A program made the position numbers and the translations under genes. Below are positions 1 to 7,067 of a stretch of 16,650 nt of DNA, piece after piece. The stretch's first letter is position 1. Every line of letters starts with the position of its first letter. Below the pieces are notes generated by a model. That model worked only from the letters and a program-made list of their open reading frames with translations, ran no database searches and was not told the origin of the DNA. The stretch lies in assembly GCA_039801885.1 (NCBI GenBank), contig JBDRVN010000039.1:1-16650 (forward strand). The letters run 5' to 3'. Origin of the DNA: a candidate division WOR-3 bacterium. Lineage in GTDB: Bacteria; Hydrothermota; Tepidihabitantia; Tepidihabitantales; DTDR01.

Positions 1-82
1 TTCTTACCCAAGCAGTATCAACCTGCGAGAATAAAAAAGCAGGAATAAAAAAAAGATAAGTTAAAAGAAAAATTTTTCTCAT
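1..82 (-). CDS. 5' end of a secreted SBBP-repeat protein paralogue (partial, runs off the window)
   Basis: Manual translation from ATG at 82 gives MRKIFLLTYLFFIPAFLFSQVDTAWVR. This matches the signal peptide and mature start (LFSQVDTVWVR) of the 146..1348 protein. An AGGAGG SD lies just upstream. Confidence 0.85.
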   Translation of the reverse strand, partial: MRKIFLLTYLFFIPAFLFSQVDTAWVR

Positions 83-111
83 CTTCTCCTCCTTTTTTAA
101 AATCATACTTA

Positions 112-139
112 ATTTTAATAAATTTATAAATTATTTCAA
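112..139 (-). promoter_or_regulatory. sigma70-type promoter TTGAAA-N16-TAAAAT for the partial SBBP gene
   Basis: On the - strand, -35 at 139-134 and -10 at 117-112. The surrounding sequence is homologous to the promoter region at 1386-1413. Confidence 0.6.
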
Positions 140-145
140 AGATAA

Positions 146-1348
146 CTATTTTAAAATTATAATCTTTTTATTCTCCTTTTCGGTTCTTAAAAAGTAGATG
201 CCTTTTTTCAGTTTATTTTGTTTCACAAGTTTACCACAAACATCGTAGATTTCGTTTGTTTTTCTTGGGAGTTTATTTTTTATCTTATTTTCTTTCTCTT
301 TATTGATGCTCGGACCTTGTGGAACATACTTAATTGTCGTATAATCGTAGTTGGTGCCGGAGGCATAACTATCACCAGTAATATAGACATTGCCATTACC
401 ATCAACAAAAAGAGCATAAGCATGGTCGTGCGAATTTTCTGTGCCATTATACGTTCTCTCCCATAATAAGTTGCCATCTGTATCATACTTTAAGGTCGCA
501 TAGTCCCAACCGGTACCTGAGCCCCAACTATAACCAGTAACATAGACATTGCCCTGATTATCAACAAAAAGAGATTTAGGTAAATCTTCATCGTTTCCTT
601 GCCCATTATACCTTCTCTCCCATAATAAATTGCCATTCATATCATACTTTAAGGTCGCATAGTCTTTATTAGTGCCTAAACCAACACTATAACCAGTAAC
701 ATAGACATTACCAGCACCATCAACAAAAAGAGCATTAGCACAATCAACCGCATTTCCTTGCCCATTATACCTTCTTGCCCATAACAAGTTGCCATCCGTA
801 TCATACTTCAAGGTCAAATAATCATTCCAACTAACCCCGCCCCAACTACTACCAGTAACATAGACATTGCCAGCACCATCAACAAAAAGAGCATAAGGTG
901 TATCATCAGCGTCTCTTGTAACACCATACCTTCTTGCCCATAACAAATTGCCATACGTATCATACTTCAAGGTCAAATAATCATAAGAAGTGACATTGCT
1001 ATCACTATAACCAGTAACATAGACATTACCAGCACCATCAACAAAAAGAGCATTAGCAACATCCTCACCATTTGATGAACCGTTGTATCTTCTTACCCAT
1101 AACAAGTTGCCAATGCTGTCATACTTCAAAGTCGCATAGTCATAATTAGTGCCTAAGCCAACACTACGACCAGTAACATAGACATTGCCATTGTTATCAA
1201 CAAAAAGAGAAGTAGCAACATCGGCACTATCTCTTGGACCATTATACCTTCTTACCCAAACAGTATCAACCTGCGAGAATAAAAGAGTGGGGATAAAAGA
1301 AAAAAAAATTAAAACTAAAAATAATGAATTAAAAATTCTTTTTTTCAT
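146..1348 (-). CDS. Secreted SBBP-repeat beta-propeller protein (six 53-aa repeats) with a short T9SS type A-like C-terminal tail
   Basis: N-terminal signal peptide; six repeats of W.RRYNG...D.A..LFVD..GNVYVTG.S.......DY.TLKYD..GNLL; C-terminus IYDVCGKLV...KKGIYFLR...KKIIILK. Confidence 0.85.
   Translation of the reverse strand: MKKRIFNSLFLVLIFFSFIPTLLFSQVDTVWVRRYNGPRDSADVATSLFVDNNGNVYVTGRSVGLGTNYDYATLKYDSIGNLLWVRRYNGSSNGEDVANALFVDGAGNVYVTGYSDSNVTSYDYLTLKYDTYGNLLWARRYGVTRDADDTPYALFVDGAGNVYVTGSSWGGVSWNDYLTLKYDTDGNLLWARRYNGQGNAVDCANALFVDGAGNVYVTGYSVGLGTNKDYATLKYDMNGNLLWERRYNGQGNDEDLPKSLFVDNQGNVYVTGYSWGSGTGWDYATLKYDTDGNLLWERTYNGTENSHDHAYALFVDGNGNVYITGDSYASGTNYDYTTIKYVPQGPSINKEKENKIKNKLPRKTNEIYDVCGKLVKQNKLKKGIYFLRTEKENKKIIILK
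326..1260. repeat. Six intragenic tandem repeats with an exact 159-bp period
   Basis: The motif CCAGTAA(C/T)ATAGACATT starts at 375, 534, 693, 852, 1011 and 1170, each 159 bp apart. Array boundaries are approximate. Confidence 0.9.
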
Positions 1349-1385
1349 TTCTTTTCTCCTTTTAAGTTAAGCTTACCATACCCTA

Positions 1386-1413
1386 ATTTTAACAAGTTTA
1401 TAATTTATGTCAA
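1386..1413 (-). promoter_or_regulatory. sigma70-type promoter TTGACA-N16-TAAAAT with extended -10 (TGn)
   Basis: Perfect -35 at 1413-1408 and -10 at 1391-1386 preceded by TGT. It sits about 40 bp upstream of the ATG at 1348, which has an AAGGAG SD. Confidence 0.7.
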
Positions 1414-1455
1414 TCATTTTACAAATTTCCATAATTTATATTTTTCTATTATCTC

Positions 1456-1779
1456 TTACGGCAATTCCCAGTCAACTAAAAAGACTTTGATGAATTGTTT
1501 TCGCTGTAATTCCCGTATCCTCTGCTCCTCATTAGGTGGTGGTTTATCATAAGCCCTGCCATTTAAATCAATTTCTCCCTGTTTTTGGTCGTTTTGACCT
1601 TATTAGATATCTTGATAATATCCTTTGCCATTTCTACGAATTCAGCCAATGGTATCCAATTAAAATCCATTTTTAAATTTCTTCCCGTTATCAAATAAAA
1701 ATTGATAAATTTTAATTATATTAGTTTTTATTTTAATATACCATTTCGTTATTCTTCTATCAGGTGGAACTATTGGCAT
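1456..1779 (-). pseudogene. Possible decayed gene of unknown function (108 codons, four internal stops)
   Basis: GGAG SD then ATG at 1779. One frame reads MPIVPPDRRITKWYIKIKTNIIKIYQFLFDNGKKFKNGF*LDTIG*IRRNGKGYYQDI**GQNDQKQGEIDLNGRAYDKPPPNEEQRIRELQRKQFIKVFLVDWELP*. The last segment looks protein-like, but I recognise no family. Confidence 0.35.
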
Positions 1780-1803
1780 AGAATCTCCATTTTATTTATT
1801 TAT

Positions 1804-1959
1804 TTAAACTGTCCAAGGTCTTAACCTCGCCCGCCCAATTCTAACAAACTTATCATTAAAGTGATTAATAAAAGTATTATTATTACCGCTAATAAAGGCA
1901 TTATTAATAACTTTAATAGAAGTATTATTATTGCCATTAATAAAGGTATTATTATTCAT
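1804..1959 (-). CDS. Small Asn-rich hypothetical protein (51 aa), below the ORF-track cutoff
   Basis: SD AAAAAGGAG 4 nt before the ATG. Translation: MNNNTFINGNNNTSIKVINNAFISGNNNTFINHFNDKFVRIGRARLRPWTV*. It contains an in-frame internal duplication with a 48-bp offset. Confidence 0.5.
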   Translation of the reverse strand: MNNNTFINGNNNTSIKVINNAFISGNNNTFINHFNDKFVRIGRARLRPWTV

Positions 1960-2201
1960 AAAAACTCCTTTTTAAAAACATCATTAATAATATAGCCCAA
2001 AATACCTTGACAAGTAAAGGAACAGAATGCGTCATTTTGGACTAAATGGCGACAGCATATTCTTAAAGCTATCAAATAAACCTGATAACTTCCTTTTTAT
2101 ATTTCCTTCTATATATAACGGAAAACCCTCTTTAAGTTACCACTTTTTTATTATTGACAAAAATATTAAGAGGCTAAGGGCATTGCTCTTATTTTTCAAT
2201 T

Positions 2202-2229
2202 TTGACATTTTTTAAATATTAATTATAAT
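2202..2229 (+). promoter_or_regulatory. Consensus sigma70 promoter TTGACA-N16-TATAAT for the rpmH operon (leaderless)
   Basis: Perfect -35 at 2202-2207 and perfect -10 at 2224-2229. Only 5 nt separate the -10 from the ATG at 2235, and there is no SD. Confidence 0.8.
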
Positions 2230-2234
2230 AATTT

Positions 2235-2372
2235 ATGCCGAAAAGAACTTATCAACCATCAAGAATTAAAAGAAAAAGAACTCACGGCTTTTTGGTGAGA
2301 ATGCGGACACCGGGCGGCCGGAATGTAATTAAAAGAAGAAGAAAGAAGAAAAGATGGCGTCTGGCAGTATAA
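2235..2372 (+). CDS. rpmH: 50S ribosomal protein L34
   Basis: Manual translation: [45 protein letters not shown]. It has the L34 signature KRTYQP...HGF..RM and lies upstream of rnpA. It is missing from the ORF track. Confidence 0.97.
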   Translation: MPKRTYQPSRIKRKRTHGFLVRMRTPGGRNVIKRRRKKKRWRLAV

Positions 2373-2375
2373 AGA

Positions 2376-2711
2376 GTGAAAAAATTTACTCTAAAAAAAT
2401 GGGAAATAATTAGATATAAGAAAGAGATTAACGAGTTAAAGAAAAAAGGAAAAGTCGTGAATAACGAATATTTAGCCATTATTTATTTACCAAAAGATAA
2501 AAGAAAAATACTTTTCAGTTGTGAGAAGAGCATTAAAAAGGCAACAGAAAGAAATAAATTAAAAAGAAGATTGAGAGAAATTTATCGGACTAATAAAGAA
2601 CATTTCAAAGAGAATTATTATTTCTGGTTAATTGGTAAGGAAAAGGCATTAGGATTAAAATTTGCTTGTCTAAAAGATAACCTATTAAATTTGGTGAAAA
2701 ATGTTGAATAA
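2376..2711 (+). CDS. rnpA: Ribonuclease P protein component
   Basis: RNR-like motif KATERNKLKRRLREIYR; basic 111-aa protein; GTG start; lies between rpmH and yidD. Confidence 0.92.
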   Translation: MKKFTLKKWEIIRYKKEINELKKKGKVVNNEYLAIIYLPKDKRKILFSCEKSIKKATERNKLKRRLREIYRTNKEHFKENYYFWLIGKEKALGLKFACLKDNLLNLVKNVE

Positions 2712-2943
2712 AATTTTTATCTTTTTAATAAGGATTTATCAGAAATTTATCTCGCCCTTGTATGGCAAGGTTTGCCGTTTTTATCCCACTTGTTCAGAAT
2801 ATGCAATTTTGTGTCTGAATCGATACCCAATTTATTTGGCAATAGTTTTAATAATTTTAAGAATTACAAGATGCCAACCTATATTTTCTGGTGGTTATGA
2901 CCCGCCGGAAAAGATGGCTGAAAAATTAAAATGGATGAGATAA
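2701..2943 (+). CDS. yidD: Membrane protein insertion efficiency factor YidD
   Basis: YQKFISP...CRFYPTCSEY...RCQP...GGYDP signature; conserved synteny. Confidence 0.95.
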   Translation: MLNKIFIFLIRIYQKFISPLYGKVCRFYPTCSEYAILCLNRYPIYLAIVLIILRITRCQPIFSGGYDPPEKMAEKLKWMR

Positions 2944-4439
2944 GGAATTTTTTTATTGCCTTTATTTTGATATTTTTGATTTTGGTTGTTTGGCAATATT
3001 TGTTTCTGCCTAAACCCCAACCAAAAATTGAAAAACCAAAAGAAGAAAAAGTTAAAGAAATCCTGCCCCTTGATACCTTAAAAACAATTGAAACAAAAAT
3101 AGATACGATGAAAGAAGAAGAGATTGTTTTGGAAAATAAAAAAATAAAATTAACTTTCTCTAATTTCGGTGGTGTTTTAAAATCGGTTTATTTAAAAGAT
3201 TATGATTGTGAATTGGTTAAGAAAAACAAGAGATATTTTGGTTTAACTATCTTGGAAGGAGATAAAAAATTTAATTTTAATTCCGAAATTTTTCAATACC
3301 AAAAAAGGGATAAGGAAATCCTTTTTGAATCCCGATTAGCAAGCAAGCGGATAGTAAAAAGATACCAATTAAAGCATGACTATCAATTATCGCTGACAGT
3401 TGCTGGTTTAGAAAATAGTGATTATTTATCATTAAATTTTGAAGGGTTTTTGAATTTCACTGAAAAGGATACATCCGATGAGTTAAATTATGCCAATTAC
3501 CAATATTATTTTAATAAACAACTTAAAAAATTTGATTTTAAAAAAATGAAAAAGGACGAGTGGGTTTATGAAAAGGAATTAAAATATCTGACGATGAAAA
3601 GTAAATATTTTCTTTTTGCTCTTTTACCCCTCTTCTCATTGGATTCCTGTCAATTTTTAAAAAGAGAAATAGAAGGTGGGATAATTATTTATTCTTCTAA
3701 CAAAAAGGAAACAGAACTCTCTTTTATCTTTGCACCCTTGGAATATAATCTTTTAAAAAGTTATAAAAAGGATTTAGAAAAGACAATCCCTTTAGGTTGG
3801 CCCAAAAGTTTCAGTTTAGCAATCCTTTTTCTTTTAAAGTTTTTATATAAGCTTTTTCAAAATTATGGTGTCGCAATTGTCTTCTTTGCTTTCTTAATGA
3901 AACTTATTTTCTTCCCCTTTAGTCGGATACAAAACGAACAAATAAGAAAAATGCAACTTCTTCAACCAAAATTAGAAGAGTTAAAAAAGAAATACAAAGA
4001 TGACCCCCAATCTTTAAATCGGGAGACAATGCAATTATACCAATTATATAAAATCAATCCTTTTACTGGTTGTTTGCCCTTAATTATTCAATTACCGGTT
4101 TTTTGGGCTTTATATTCCGTATTTCGCCAAACCATTGATTTAAGAAAGGCAAGTTTTATTTTTTGGATAAAAGATTTATCAATAAAAGACCCAATTTATG
4201 TTTTACCAATTGTGATGGGTGTCTTTTTTCTTTTACAAAATATTTTAACCAATCCGGATAAGAAAAATATCTTTTTGGTTTTTGTTTTCCCAATTTTTTT
4301 AACCCTGATTTTTTTAAATTTTCCTTCAGGGTTACAATTATATTGGCTCACTTTTAATATTCTCTCGATTTTGGAGAGTTTAATTTTCCAAAAAGGAGGT
4401 TTTAAATGGCTGAAAATAAAAATGAAACCAGAACCATAA
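2931..4439 (+). CDS. yidC: Membrane protein insertase YidC (long diderm type with periplasmic domain)
   Basis: N-terminal TM, a periplasmic domain with FSNFGG.L.SVYLK.Y, then NYGVAI, MQLLQPKLEELKKKY, INPFTGCLP..IQLPVF, WIKDLS..DP and PSGLQLYW. Confidence 0.96.
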   Translation: MDEIRNFFIAFILIFLILVVWQYLFLPKPQPKIEKPKEEKVKEILPLDTLKTIETKIDTMKEEEIVLENKKIKLTFSNFGGVLKSVYLKDYDCELVKKNKRYFGLTILEGDKKFNFNSEIFQYQKRDKEILFESRLASKRIVKRYQLKHDYQLSLTVAGLENSDYLSLNFEGFLNFTEKDTSDELNYANYQYYFNKQLKKFDFKKMKKDEWVYEKELKYLTMKSKYFLFALLPLFSLDSCQFLKREIEGGIIIYSSNKKETELSFIFAPLEYNLLKSYKKDLEKTIPLGWPKSFSLAILFLLKFLYKLFQNYGVAIVFFAFLMKLIFFPFSRIQNEQIRKMQLLQPKLEELKKKYKDDPQSLNRETMQLYQLYKINPFTGCLPLIIQLPVFWALYSVFRQTIDLRKASFIFWIKDLSIKDPIYVLPIVMGVFFLLQNILTNPDKKNIFLVFVFPIFLTLIFLNFPSGLQLYWLTFNILSILESLIFQKGGFKWLKIKMKPEP

Positions 4440-4882
4440 ATGAAATTATTCAACAAGTGTTAAAAGAGTTTCTCTCTTATTTTGGAGTAAGAGCTAAAGT
4501 TGATGTGAAAGAGGAAAAAAATGGTTATTATGCCAATATTAAGGCAAAACCTTATGCGGGTTTACTGATTGGCCGAAGAGGAGCAAATTTAAAAGCCTTC
4601 CAGCATCTTGTTCGCTTAATGGTCAAGAAACGGGTTGGCTATTTTGTTCCTTTAATTTTAGATGTGAGTGGTTATCGGATGCGCCGAATTAATTTTCTTA
4701 AAAAGAAGGCGGTAGCGGTTGCGAAAATCGTCTTGGAGACAAAAAAAGAGATGCCCTTAGACCAACTTAATGATAAGGAAATTGCGATTGTGAGCGAAAC
4801 TTTAAATCAAATCGCTGGGATAAAATTTTACACAATCAAAGCCACGGGTAATAAAAAGAATTTAATTATTGCTCCTCAATAA
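4406..4882 (+). CDS. jag: Jag/KhpB/EloR-family RNA-binding protein (KH-II domain plus degenerate R3H domain)
   Basis: KH GxxG loop LIGRRGANL.AFQHL and LDVSGYR..R motifs; lies between yidC and mnmE; AGGAGG SD. Confidence 0.85.
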   Translation: MAENKNETRTINEIIQQVLKEFLSYFGVRAKVDVKEEKNGYYANIKAKPYAGLLIGRRGANLKAFQHLVRLMVKKRVGYFVPLILDVSGYRMRRINFLKKKAVAVAKIVLETKKEMPLDQLNDKEIAIVSETLNQIAGIKFYTIKATGNKKNLIIAPQ

Positions 4883-6231
4883 TGTCCGAAAAGAAAACAA
4901 TTTACGCTTTAGCCACACCTCCGGGCAGAAGCGCTCTGGCGGTAATTCGTGTCTCCGGTCCTTTGACAATTCCCATTCTCAAAAAAATTTTTCATCCGAA
5001 AAAGGAGTATCCACAATTTCCTGACCGCAAAATAATCAAGGGCGAAATTATTGATTGGGAAAATAAAGAATTAATTGATGAGGCAACGATTGTAGTTTAC
5101 TATTCGCCCAATAGTTATACTGGTGAAGATATGGCAGAAATATTTTCTCACGGCGGATTTTATCTTCCGCAAAAAATTTGCGAAATCTTGAAAAAAGCTG
5201 GTGCCTCTTTAGCCGAACCTGGTGAATTTACCAAGAGAAGATTCATTAATGGCAAAATTGATTTAGTCCAAGCCGAAGCATTATTGCCTTTAATATACGC
5301 CCAAACTGAAAAACAGGCAAAAATGGCTTTATCCCAATTACGAGGCGAAACCTCTTTAATTATTAAAAATTTTAGTGAAGAACTGAAAGAACTTTTAGCA
5401 TCAACCGAATACTTAATTGAATTTGCTGATGAAGAAGAAGCCGAAAAAATTGGTGACAATATCAGAGAAAAAATTATATCTTTAAACGAAAGAATAGAGA
5501 AAATCTTTAAAAAAACTAATTTCCAAAAAAAGATTTTCCAAGGAATTAGAACTGTTCTTGCCGGTCGGGCAAATGTTGGCAAATCCTCTCTTTTCAACCA
5601 ATTAATCGGCAAAGAAAGATCCATTGTTACCGACATACCCGGAACCACCCGAGATGTTATTGAAGCAATAATTGATATCAGTGGTTTTCCCTTTATCTTT
5701 TGTGATACAGCAGGAATTGATTTTAATATGAGCTTAATTGATGAATTAAGTGTGAAAAAGACCAAAGAATATTTAGAAAATGCTAATCTTATATTATTAA
5801 TCTTTGACATCTCCGAACCTCCCCAAAAAGCCGATTATGACTTATTAATAATGACGAAAGAAAAACCAAGAATTATTCTTCTTAATAAAAATGATTTGCC
5901 CCATAAATTTCCTTTAGATTTCTTTGGGAAAGAATCCTATTTAACTATTTCGGCAAAATATGGAAAAGGAATTGAAGAGGTAATAAAAAAAATAAGGGGA
6001 TATGTTAAAAATTTTTATTCCGATACCGATACCTTTCTTTTTCTGCCCCGACAGATTGACTGCTTAGAAAATGCTTTAAAGGCTTTTAAGAAAACCCTTG
6101 ATACTCCTTATTGGGAAAGTGTGGCGGAAGAATTGAAAACGGCTTTAAATTATCTAAAAGAACTTTTAGGCGAGACAACCAATGAAGAAATTTTAGACAG
6201 AATATTTTCCCAATTTTGTGTTGGTAAATGA
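4882..6231 (+). CDS. mnmE: tRNA modification GTPase MnmE (TrmE)
   Basis: TIYALATPPG, SYTGED, AEPGEFTKR, G1 GRANVGKSS, GTTRD, DTAG, NKND, ISAK and the C-terminal FSQFCVGK. Confidence 0.97.
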   Translation: MSEKKTIYALATPPGRSALAVIRVSGPLTIPILKKIFHPKKEYPQFPDRKIIKGEIIDWENKELIDEATIVVYYSPNSYTGEDMAEIFSHGGFYLPQKICEILKKAGASLAEPGEFTKRRFINGKIDLVQAEALLPLIYAQTEKQAKMALSQLRGETSLIIKNFSEELKELLASTEYLIEFADEEEAEKIGDNIREKIISLNERIEKIFKKTNFQKKIFQGIRTVLAGRANVGKSSLFNQLIGKERSIVTDIPGTTRDVIEAIIDISGFPFIFCDTAGIDFNMSLIDELSVKKTKEYLENANLILLIFDISEPPQKADYDLLIMTKEKPRIILLNKNDLPHKFPLDFFGKESYLTISAKYGKGIEEVIKKIRGYVKNFYSDTDTFLFLPRQIDCLENALKAFKKTLDTPYWESVAEELKTALNYLKELLGETTNEEILDRIFSQFCVGK

Positions 6232-6596
6232 AAAAAATTTTACTTTATCTTAACGAAGCAAAAGAAGAAAATATCGAATTAGCACTATCTTTAGCAGAAA
6301 AATTTTCTTCCCGGCTTTATGTATTATTCTGTCTCAATTCGGAAGAAATAAAAAATGAAGAATTGAAAGATAAAAAGGAAGATGAAGGTTGGCAAAAATT
6401 GTACGATGTGGAAGAAAAAGCCTTCCAAAAAGAAGTAAAAGTTTCTCTTTTATTTTTTGAAGGCATACCAGAAATACTAATTTCGGAATTAATGAAATCT
6501 TATGAAATTGAAGCCTTAATTTTAAATCCCTTTGCCAACCTAAACTTATCGGAAGTAATTAGTAAAAACAGAGAAAAAATTATAATTTTAAAATGA
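6228..6596 (+). CDS. Universal stress protein (USP)-like protein
   Basis: MKKILL...A.SLA......LYVL and EG.P...I pattern; 122 aa. The C-terminal ATP-binding G-2X-G-9X-G(S/T) motif is absent. Confidence 0.65.
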   Translation: MKKILLYLNEAKEENIELALSLAEKFSSRLYVLFCLNSEEIKNEELKDKKEDEGWQKLYDVEEKAFQKEVKVSLLFFEGIPEILISELMKSYEIEALILNPFANLNLSEVISKNREKIIILK

Positions 6597-6608
6597 GGGA
6601 GGTCAATA

Positions 6609-7067
6609 ATGAAAAAAATTTCTGAAATTTTAGTAAAAGAAGGGATTATTCTTGATTTAACAGAGAAAGAAAAAATTGAAGTAATCAAAAAATTAAGTGA
6701 AAAATTAATTGATTTGGGATACATAACCGATGCCAAAGAATTCTTTTCAGAAATCCTCAAAAGAGAGAACTTAGAAAGCACTGGTATTGGGATGGGAATT
6801 GCTATCCCTCATGCTCGTTCAAAGGCGGTTAAGGATTTGGTAATTGTTTTTGGCCGCTCAAAAGAGGGAGTAGATTTTTCCAGTCTTGATGGCAAACCGG
6901 CACATTTGATTTTTCTCATTGCCGGTCCGGAAAATAAAAAAAGTGAATATCTTTTCACTTTGGCAAAACTTTCCAAATTATTAAGAAAAGACGAAGTGCG
7001 AATTGAATTAAATAAAGCCAAAGATGAAAAGGAAGTGTTAGCAATTATCAATAAGTATGAAATTTAA
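6609..7067 (+). CDS. Stand-alone PTS EIIA component (fructose/mannitol/Ntr family)
   Basis: RE..ESTGIGMGIAIPHAR with the phospho-acceptor His, and GVDFSSLDGKPAHLIFLI. No EIIB or EIIC is adjacent. Confidence 0.92.
   Translation: MKKISEILVKEGIILDLTEKEKIEVIKKLSEKLIDLGYITDAKEFFSEILKRENLESTGIGMGIAIPHARSKAVKDLVIVFGRSKEGVDFSSLDGKPAHLIFLIAGPENKKSEYLFTLAKLSKLLRKDEVRIELNKAKDEKEVLAIINKYEI

Noticed and set aside
326-1260. Regular repeats as a CRISPR array
   Set aside because: The 159-bp period is an in-frame protein repeat with no repeat-spacer structure, and there are no cas genes.
1872-1954. AAT-rich direct repeat as a DGR template/variable repeat pair
   Set aside because: It is only 35 nt, the mismatches are not confined to adenines (T/C and C/T changes occur), and there is no reverse transcriptase in the window.
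2027-2215. 62-aa + strand ORF
   Set aside because: No SD or recognisable motif, and it overlaps the rpmH promoter; probably a chance ORF.
1960-2234. oriC upstream of rpmH
   Set aside because: No clustered DnaA boxes were seen and dnaA is absent. Isolated near-matches (about 5007 and 10891) lie inside coding regions.
5160-5810. 216-aa - strand ORF and the other short antisense or overlapping ORFs in the track (e.g. 218-466, 2282-2479, 4196-4456, 6500-6781, 6809-7051, 8366-8596, 8713-8964, 13500-13685, 15228-15582)
   Set aside because: They are shadows of well-supported genes on the opposite strand or in another frame, with no motifs or translation signals.
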